NCBI GenBank assembly: GCA_964595665.1
Contig: CAZQQS010000021.1
Span: 1 to 8,713, forward strand
DNA: 8,713 nt
DNA from: an uncultured archaeon
GTDB lineage: Archaea; Iainarchaeota; Iainarchaeia; Iainarchaeales; 0-14-0-20-30-16
Direction of reading: 5' to 3'
Positions 1 through 5,289 of this stretch are shown here, piece by piece (the stretch's first letter is position 1; each line of letters starts with the position of its first letter). The position numbers were made by a program, and so were the translations under genes. Below the pieces are notes generated by a model. That model searched no databases and was not told the origin of the DNA. It was given only the letters and a program-made list of their open reading frames with translations.

Positions 1-1
1 G

Positions 2-910
2 ATTGCATTATTTATAATAATGATTGTTCATGAATTAGCTCATGGTATTTTAGCAAGAAAAGTTGGAATTAAAGTTAAATCTTTAGGTTTATTATTATTG
101 GGAATATTTCCTATAGGGGCTTTTACAGAACCTGATGAACAAGATTTAAAAAAAGCTTTGCCAAAAGAACAAATGAGAGTTTATTCTGCTGGGCCAACAT
201 CAAATTTATTTTTAGTAGTAATTATTTTTGCAATAATTAGTTTAATTTTTAATCCTTTATTCGCGGGATATATGGGCGATATAAAATCTAATGCTAAAGA
301 TGGAATTTATATTACAGAAATGCAAGAATTTACACAAATTTGTGGGTTTGGTGTTGATTCTAAAAATTATAATAAATTAGATAATTTATTTTTACAATTA
401 GATGTTAATCAAAAACAATTTTTTGAGAATTATAATTTAAAATTATCAGGAATAAATTCTTTAACTGTAAAAGATTTAAATGATTTAACATATATTACTA
501 ATACTGATAATAATTCCTTTTTATTTAATTTATTAATTGAAGATAAGAATACAAAAAGTACTTTTGAATATGATGCTTTTTTTGAAAAGAATTCAGATAA
601 TTCTTTTGGTGTAAAATTATCTGAAAAAACAAAAGATGATTTTGAATATCCATTTAGTTATTTGTTATTAAAATTTATTTCAACAACTTTATATTTCACA
701 TTACTATTTAGTTTTGCAGTTGCTTTATTTAACTTTTTGCCAATAATACTTTTAGATGGGGGTTCAATGTTCCCAATAATTATTAATGAGTTTATTAAAC
801 CAGAAACACATTATAAAAGAAGAAAGTTAATAGTTAACTCAATTTCAATTGCTGTAATTGTTTTCTTTTTAATATTAATAGCAATAAATATCTTGCCATT
901 CTTTTTCTAA
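2..910 (+). CDS. Peptidase M50 / site-2 protease (S2P, RseP-like) intramembrane zinc metalloprotease, 5'-truncated by the window edge
   Basis: The frame is open from base 2 (IALFII precedes the listed Met at 20), so the true start lies upstream of the window. The HExxH zinc motif (HELAH) directly follows a hydrophobic helix. The second M50 signature NFLPIILLDGG lies near the C-terminus, and there are several hydrophobic helices. A ~120-aa N/D/K-rich soluble insert (GIYITEM...SGINSLTVKDLNDL) sits where S2Ps carry PDZ-like domains. TAA stop at 908-910. Confidence 0.85.
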   Translation: MALFIIMIVHELAHGILARKVGIKVKSLGLLLLGIFPIGAFTEPDEQDLKKALPKEQMRVYSAGPTSNLFLVVIIFAIISLIFNPLFAGYMGDIKSNAKDGIYITEMQEFTQICGFGVDSKNYNKLDNLFLQLDVNQKQFFENYNLKLSGINSLTVKDLNDLTYITNTDNNSFLFNLLIEDKNTKSTFEYDAFFEKNSDNSFGVKLSEKTKDDFEYPFSYLLLKFISTTLYFTLLFSFAVALFNFLPIILLDGGSMFPIIINEFIKPETHYKRRKLIVNSISIAVIVFFLILIAINILPFFF

Positions 911-917
911 AATAAAT

Positions 918-935
918 ATGATCGGGGCGCGACTC
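918..935 (-). repeat. Exact 18-nt direct-repeat copy of the 3' end of tRNA-Arg(CCU); partner copy at 1032-1049
   Basis: atgatcggggcgcgactc occurs identically at 918-935 and 1032-1049, in the same orientation with a 114-bp offset. It covers the last 17 nt of the tRNA (3' half of the T-loop, T-stem 3' strand, acceptor 3' strand, discriminator) plus 1 trailer nt. Identity stops sharply at 936 vs 1050 and at 917 vs 1031. Confidence 0.9.
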
Positions 936-1032
936 TCACCAAGCCGCGGGAAATAATTTCCCCCAGTTTTAGGTTAATCCTGACCCCTTTTGTATCAATC
1001 TTCGTTACACTCGATAATACTTCTTTGATAAA

Positions 1033-1106
1033 TGATCGGGGCGCGACTCGAACGCGCGATCTTCAACTTAGGAGGCTGATGCCTTATCCAACTCGGCTAC
1101 CCGACC
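1033..1106 (-). tRNA. tRNA-Arg: tRNA-Arg, anticodon CCU (reads AGG), 74 nt, no encoded CCA, no intron
   Basis: The reverse complement is GGTCGGG TA GCCG AGTTGGATA AGGC A TCAGC CTCCTAA GTTGA AGATC GCGCG TTCGAGT CGCGC CCCGATC A. It has a 7-bp acceptor stem with one G-U pair, a D arm containing GG, a 5-bp anticodon stem, a 7-nt loop with U33 and CCU at 34-36, a 5-bp GC T-stem and a TTCGAGT T-loop. It forms a strong GC island in AT-rich DNA. Confidence 0.92.
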
Positions 1107-1130
1107 ATATTAATATTTTATTAAGATAAA

Positions 1131-1138
1131 TATATAAA
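1131..1138 (-). promoter_or_regulatory. Archaeal TATA-box candidate (TTTATATA on the minus strand) for tRNA-Arg, possibly shared bidirectionally with the kinase-like gene
   Basis: Plus-strand tatataaa at 1131-1138 reads TTTATATA on the minus strand, 25-32 nt upstream of the tRNA 5' end (1106). This is the canonical archaeal TATA distance. The TATATA core is palindromic and its centre lies about 26 nt upstream of the ATG at 1160 on the plus strand. Confidence 0.5.
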
Positions 1139-1147
1139 TTAACGTTA

Positions 1148-1918
1148 ATGAATATATTTATGGTTGTTAAACACTCTGTTATTAAATCTTATGTTAAGCC
1201 TAGAAGTAATTTTTCTAATTGGCATTCTGTTTCAGAAGTATCTAGAGTTAATATTTCAAATTTTCATTTGGGCTCAGGGCAAATAGGTGATGTTTATGCT
1301 GGTAGATTAGTTTTTAGTAATGGAGATGTTAAACGAGTAGCGATTAAAAAATTTAAATATGATGCTCAAAAGATGAAAGCTCAGCACTATTCAAAAGTTA
1401 TTGAATTATTAGCTAAATCCGGAGTAAATATTCCTAAAACTTTTGTATATAACTTAGATGGGGAGCCTGTTTTGATTTCGCCATTATTTGGAAGTATTAA
1501 GAAAGGTAGCAAATTAATTGCAAATTGTCCTAATTTAAGTTTGTTGACATCTTTTCCTGAATTTGAATCTTTAACTACTATTTTAGCAAATACTTTAAAT
1601 GCTGGATTATATCCTCATTCAGATTATATTTTTAGTTTTAAGAATTCAGGAGAAAATAGATTTATTCCTATGGAATTAGATAATTTGGTAGATGATTATT
1701 ATTATAAAAGAAGTCTTAAAAGTGTTTTTAGAAGGAATACTTTTTTTACCGATTATTTATTTGATGTTGAAAAATATAAATCATTAAGTATAGAAGAAAA
1801 AAATTCTTTAATAGATAAGTCAAATATATTTATTAATTTATTATTAAAAAAAATTAAAGATGCTTCTTTGAGAATTTATTTAGAAACTAAATACAAAGAA
1901 TTTTTACAATCTATTTAA
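1148..1918 (+). CDS. Atypical small protein-kinase-like protein (RIO/Bud32-like fold); function unknown
   Basis: Glycine-rich loop LGSGQIGDV (G42-V49). VAIK motif with Lys67. An alphaC-like segment matches the RIO/Bud32 pattern E..L......GV.IP (KVIELLAKSGVNIPKTF). The catalytic-loop candidate is H157-S-D159, and the metal-binding Asp candidate is ELD178NL, 19 residues after D159, which matches the kinase HRD-to-DFG spacing. Only ~78 aa follow, as in minimal kinases. The true start may be the ATG at 1160 (leaderless, see the TATA at 1131-1138). TAA stop at 1916-1918. Confidence 0.6.
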   Translation: MNIFMVVKHSVIKSYVKPRSNFSNWHSVSEVSRVNISNFHLGSGQIGDVYAGRLVFSNGDVKRVAIKKFKYDAQKMKAQHYSKVIELLAKSGVNIPKTFVYNLDGEPVLISPLFGSIKKGSKLIANCPNLSLLTSFPEFESLTTILANTLNAGLYPHSDYIFSFKNSGENRFIPMELDNLVDDYYYKRSLKSVFRRNTFFTDYLFDVEKYKSLSIEEKNSLIDKSNIFINLLLKKIKDASLRIYLETKYKEFLQSI

Positions 1919-1922
1919 ATTA

Positions 1923-1993
1923 TGCAAATGCCGGGATTCGAACCCGGGTCTAAAGCTTGGGAAGCTTTTATCCTACCGCTAGACTACAATTGC
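1923..1993 (-). tRNA. tRNA-Gly: tRNA-Gly, anticodon CCC (reads GGG), 71 nt, no encoded CCA, no intron
   Basis: The reverse complement is GCAATTG TA GTCT AGCGGTA GGAT A AAAGC TTCCCAA GCTTT AGAC CCGGG TTCGAAT CCCGG CATTTGC A. The anticodon loop has U33 and CCC at 34-36. It has a 5-bp GC T-stem and a TTCGAAT T-loop. The acceptor stem is AT-rich with one U5-U68 mismatch. The 3' end lies only 4 nt from the stop codon of the upstream kinase-like gene. Confidence 0.9.
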
Positions 1994-2017
1994 GTTATGA
2001 AATTTAACATAATAATA

Positions 2018-2025
2018 CTTTTAAA
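2018..2025 (-). promoter_or_regulatory. TATA-box candidate (TTTAAAAG on the minus strand) for tRNA-Gly
   Basis: Plus-strand cttttaaa at 2018-2025 reads TTTAAAAG on the minus strand, 25-32 nt upstream of the tRNA 5' end (1993). This is the same spacing as the tRNA-Arg TATA candidate. Confidence 0.45.
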
Positions 2026-2142
2026 GAGTACTTTTTTAATTTAATTAAATATATAAATAGAATTGACTTTAATTAAACATGCCAATAATATTTAATTTAC
2101 ATAATCAAATTAAACAATTAGGATTCAAAAATAAGGCCTTAT

Positions 2143-3387
2143 ATGCAATGGCATTTTTTTTTATTTTGGACTATTTTTGATGGGATATTGCAGTATGCTG
2201 TGCCTTTAATAATTATTGGTGAAGGAATATCTAAAACTATGATGGGTATAATCATTGGAACCTCTTCTTTATCAGGATTATTTTTTGATATTGTTTTATG
2301 TAAGGTTTTTAAAAAAACTAATTTAAGAAGAACATATATTGTATTATTTGCAATATGTTTGATTTATCCTTTAATATTATGGCAAGCAACAGTTGTTTGG
2401 ATGTATATATTAGCGATGGCTGTTTGGGGATTATATTACGATTTGTTTAATATTGGGCGATATGAATTTGTTGGGGAATATGTTAAAGAAGATCAACATT
2501 CATCTAGTTTTGGAGTATTAACTGTTTTTTCATCTTTAGGTTATTTGTTAAGTCCAATTTTAGCAGGAATTTTAATTGGAGAAGTATTAGATATAACTCC
2601 TTTTTTAGCATCTTGGTTATTTTTATTTTTGGCATTAATATTTTTTGTAATTTTATTATTTTTATTAAAGAAACAAAGAAAACAATCTGTTGAAAGTGAA
2701 ACAATAACAAATATTTACGAACGTATTAAGAGAATTAAATTAAAAAAATATTCTGAAATTTATATTTGGAAACGAATAAGTAAGTTAATTTTACCGGTAT
2801 TGTTAATTACAATTATGATTAATGTAATTGATTCTGTATTTACTGAAATAGGTCCTTTGGTAGTAGAAAGTTGGGTTAATTTTGGGATATTATCTAGTTT
2901 ATTTTTAGTAGGATATTTATTGCCATTTATATTTGTTGGTTGGTTTGTGGGTTTTTTTACAAAGAAATTTGGTAAAAAGAGAACAGCAATATATAGTTTA
3001 TTTTTTAGTAGTTTATTTTTAGGATTATTTTTGTTTTTTGATTCCCCAACAATATTAATTATATTATCTTTTTTCTCAGGTGCATTTTTAGCTTTGTGTG
3101 ATCCTGCAAATAAAGCAACATATGCTGATTATGTTTCTGAAACAAAAGATTTGGAATTAGAAATAGAAAGTCAAGCAGATTTTGCAACTAATTTAGGGTA
3201 TGTTATAGGTCCAATTTTAGCAGGATATTTAGCAGATGTTTTTGGGAATATTCCTGCGTTTGGAATAATTGGGGGTATAGGAATAATAATTTCTATAATC
3301 TTAATCTTTATTACTCCAAAAGAAATTAATATTGTTTTAGAGGATTCTGAAATTAAAACAAATAAATTTATTAAAAACAAAATCTGA
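2143..3387 (+). CDS. Major facilitator superfamily (MFS) transporter, substrate unknown
   Basis: The 414-aa protein is dominated by about 12 hydrophobic helices in a 6+6 arrangement. A long basic central loop (KKQRKQSVESE...KRIKLKK) separates the halves. An MFS motif-A-like sequence follows TM2 (GLFFDIVLCKVFKKTNLRR, compare GxLaDrxGrkxxl). The TGA stop at 3385-3387 abuts the agmatinase stop codon. Confidence 0.8.
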   Translation: MQWHFFLFWTIFDGILQYAVPLIIIGEGISKTMMGIIIGTSSLSGLFFDIVLCKVFKKTNLRRTYIVLFAICLIYPLILWQATVVWMYILAMAVWGLYYDLFNIGRYEFVGEYVKEDQHSSSFGVLTVFSSLGYLLSPILAGILIGEVLDITPFLASWLFLFLALIFFVILLFLLKKQRKQSVESETITNIYERIKRIKLKKYSEIYIWKRISKLILPVLLITIMINVIDSVFTEIGPLVVESWVNFGILSSLFLVGYLLPFIFVGWFVGFFTKKFGKKRTAIYSLFFSSLFLGLFLFFDSPTILIILSFFSGAFLALCDPANKATYADYVSETKDLELEIESQADFATNLGYVIGPILAGYLADVFGNIPAFGIIGGIGIIISIILIFITPKEINIVLEDSEIKTNKFIKNKI

Positions 3388-4239
3388 TTATTTTTTTTCA
3401 ATTAAACTAAACATCATTTGTCTTAATAAATATACTGCACAATAGGTTGTTGTTCTTGCTTCTGGGAACATAGGATTTAATTCTACTATGTCTAATCCAA
3501 TTATTTTATTCTTCTCAATTATTTCTTCTAACATTTCAATTACGTAATATAAATCTGGGCCATCTATTTCTGGTGTGCCAGTACCCATTGCTAAATTAAA
3601 ATCTAAAACATCCAGATCTAAAGAAACATAACAAGGATTTTTTGTTTTTAAATTTTTAGAATTTATTTCAGATTCTTTTAAGAATTTTATTTTTAATTTT
3701 TTGGCTAAATTTAATTCTTCTTTTGAATATGCTCTTGCTCCAATAACTATTACATTTTCTACAATTTTTTCCATTTTTAATTTGTTTAAATAATTAATAT
3801 GGCCTAAATTTTCTCCTGCAAAAGAATCTATACAATCAGCATGAGCATCAAAGATGATTAGATCAATTTTCTTATGTTTTTTATTTAATCCTTTTAATAT
3901 TCCATAAGTAATTGAATGATCTCCACCTAAAAATATTGGTATAGATTTTCTTTGTTCATTAAATTTATCTACAAATTTAATAATGGTATTCATAGTTTCT
4001 GTTGTGTCACCATGAACTATATTTATATTTCCTAAATCTTCTAAATGATCAAATATAGTAATATCTTTTTCTGCATCGGTAGTATAAGTATGTAATAAAG
4101 TACTTCTAATCTTATTTGGCCCAAATCTTGAACCAGGAAATTCAATTTGAGTACCATCAAATGGCACCCCTATCAAAGAGATCTTCGGTTTCTTTGCTTT
4201 AGCATCTAAAACAAAATGTTTGCTTAAAAAAAATTCCAT
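3388..4239 (-). CDS. speB: Agmatinase (ureohydrolase/arginase family)
   Basis: All the Mn-binding signatures of the arginase/agmatinase family are present: GGDHSITYG, IIFDAHADC (DAHxD), SLDLDVLD (SxDxDxxD) and a later GLDIVELNP. The 283-aa length is typical. An AGGTGA Shine-Dalgarno sits 4 nt upstream of the ATG. Confidence 0.88.
   Translation of the reverse strand: MEFFLSKHFVLDAKAKKPKISLIGVPFDGTQIEFPGSRFGPNKIRSTLLHTYTTDAEKDITIFDHLEDLGNINIVHGDTTETMNTIIKFVDKFNEQRKSIPIFLGGDHSITYGILKGLNKKHKKIDLIIFDAHADCIDSFAGENLGHINYLNKLKMEKIVENVIVIGARAYSKEELNLAKKLKIKFLKESEINSKNLKTKNPCYVSLDLDVLDFNLAMGTGTPEIDGPDLYYVIEMLEEIIEKNKIIGLDIVELNPMFPEARTTTYCAVYLLRQMMFSLIEKK
3391..3398 (+). terminator. T8 tract, candidate archaeal oligo-T terminator for the MFS gene, embedded in the last codons of the convergent agmatinase gene
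   Basis: tgattaTTTTTTTTc: eight T residues begin 4 nt after the MFS stop. On the minus strand the same bases encode the agmatinase C-terminal E-K-K (gaa aaa aaa taa). Confidence 0.4.
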
Positions 4240-4243
4240 AATT

Positions 4244-4249
4244 TCACCT
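4244..4249 (-). promoter_or_regulatory. Shine-Dalgarno AGGTGA of speB, overlapping the TAG stop of the upstream decarboxylase (translational coupling)
   Basis: The minus strand reads ...AAT TAG GTG AAA TT ATG GAA. The stop TAG is at 4248-4250, AGGTGA at 4244-4249, and the ATG at 4237-4239. Confidence 0.6.
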
Positions 4250-5270
4250 AATTAATTATTTTTATTGGTAGTTTTTGTAACCCAAATAAATTTGTTGAAT
4301 ATGTGTATGCTCCTGCATTTTCGAAAATTATTTTTTGCCCAATTTTCTTTGGTTTTGAGAAAAATACTTTATATCTAAATATATCTATTGAATCAGGAGT
4401 TCTTCCTTTAATGGTATATTTGTAACCTTCATTAGTTTCATCTTTTATTGGCAATCTTATGTTCGCAACAAAAGTATCCATAGCCCCATTATATATTGAA
4501 CAATCTAATGTAATTGTATCATCATAAATTGATAATATTTTTGCATGTAATTCTACACTTGGTCCACAAATATATCTTCCAGGCTCGGTAATTAATTTAA
4601 TTCCTTTTTTATTTAAAAATGTTTTTAATTCTTTTAATTTTGCTAAAACATCTTGTTCTTGGTTATCTGGATAATTTTTATATACTATTGGATATCCACC
4701 ACCAGAACAGAAATATTTTATTTTTTTAAAAGTATCTTCTGTTAAATTATTTTCTAATTCTTCTAATAAATTCCATTCACCAATATTTTGTGTTTTTCTA
4801 TGAACATGAATTCCAATAGTTACGTTTTTGTATTGAGATAATTCTGTTACAAATTCATTTATTTTTTCAGAATACATTCCAAATACAAAATGTTTTTCTG
4901 TATGGATAGTAAATTCTTTTAATTTCATTCTTAAGAATATAGTTATATCTTTATTTTGGTTTTTTTCAACATATTTTTTTATTGTAGAATAATCATAAAT
5001 ATTATCTACAACATATTTATTAATTCCAATATTAGAATATTTTTCAATTTGTTTTAATGTTTCTCCAGTAATAAAATAAATTATTTTTTTTGGGTCATAC
5101 ATATTAGCATATTTTATATGGTGAATGCTAAACCAAGAATTAGTTTCTTTGTTTAATATTTTACTAACATCAATATTAGTTTTCATACTATAGCTTACAA
5201 TATCACATACATTAGCAATATTGTTGTATTGTTCTAAAACTTTATTTTTGTGTATTAAGAAATATGCCAT
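4248..5270 (-). CDS. Fold-type III PLP-dependent basic-amino-acid decarboxylase (ODC/ADC/DapDC family, closest by eye to eukaryotic-type ODC); arginine or ornithine substrate suspected
   Basis: A by-eye alignment to ODC landmarks gives these matches. The PLP-lysine motif is YSMKTN (compare YAVKCN). FLRMK matches LLRI. GIHVH matches the stacking His. SGGGYP matches the GGGFP phosphate loop. EPGRYICGP matches EPGRYYV. The C-terminal GRTPDSIDIF...IIFENAGAYTYS matches GPTCDGLD...LFENMGAYT. At 340 aa it is shorter than typical family members. Confidence 0.8.
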   Translation of the reverse strand: MAYFLIHKNKVLEQYNNIANVCDIVSYSMKTNIDVSKILNKETNSWFSIHHIKYANMYDPKKIIYFITGETLKQIEKYSNIGINKYVVDNIYDYSTIKKYVEKNQNKDITIFLRMKLKEFTIHTEKHFVFGMYSEKINEFVTELSQYKNVTIGIHVHRKTQNIGEWNLLEELENNLTEDTFKKIKYFCSGGGYPIVYKNYPDNQEQDVLAKLKELKTFLNKKGIKLITEPGRYICGPSVELHAKILSIYDDTITLDCSIYNGAMDTFVANIRLPIKDETNEGYKYTIKGRTPDSIDIFRYKVFFSKPKKIGQKIIFENAGAYTYSTNLFGLQKLPIKIIN

Positions 5271-5289
5271 AGTATCACAATTATTTAAA

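Noticed and set aside
919-957. 12-codon ORF (MIGARLSPSRGK) starting in the duplicated tRNA fragment
   Set aside because: It is too short, has no Shine-Dalgarno, and its GC-rich composition derives from tRNA-like or structured sequence. There is no evidence that it is coding.
918-983. A C/D-box sRNA on the plus strand (AUGAUC as the C box, CUGA at 980-983 as the D box, ~65 nt apart)
   Set aside because: The C box mismatches the RUGAUGA consensus at its critical GA. I found no C'/D' boxes and no terminal pairing to form a kink-turn. The AUGAUC is simply the duplicated tRNA 3' end.
919-987. A second tRNA (69 nt, cloverleaf-like). One drawing gives a 7-nt loop AAUUAUU, which would imply a UUA (stop-reading) anticodon
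   Set aside because: There is no T-arm: CGCG closes a 13-nt loop and no GTTCRA-like sequence is present. The acceptor pairs only as GGGG/CCCC with a 5-nt 3' overhang. Position 33 would be A rather than U, and the D arm has only 3 bp with no GG. I treat it as a tRNA-derived or structured element, not a tRNA gene. The suppressor idea is unsupported.
2016-2037. Hairpin UACUUU-UAA-AGAGUA followed by T6 on the plus strand, read as an intrinsic terminator
   Set aside because: No plus-strand gene ends nearby. The kinase-like gene stops at 1918 and an opposite-strand tRNA lies in between. The stem is weak, all A-U apart from one C-G and one G-U pair. The same bases are better explained as the TATA box region of tRNA-Gly on the minus strand.
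2504-2710. 68-aa minus-strand ORF antisense to the MFS transporter
   Set aside because: It lies entirely inside a well-supported gene. The peptide is low-complexity and K/L/I-rich, as expected from reading AT-rich DNA antisense. It has no Shine-Dalgarno or promoter context.
3171-3401. 76-aa minus-strand ORF overlapping the MFS 3' end and the agmatinase stop
   Set aside because: It is an antisense artefact of AT-rich coding sequence. It would overlap two real genes and has no recognisable motif.
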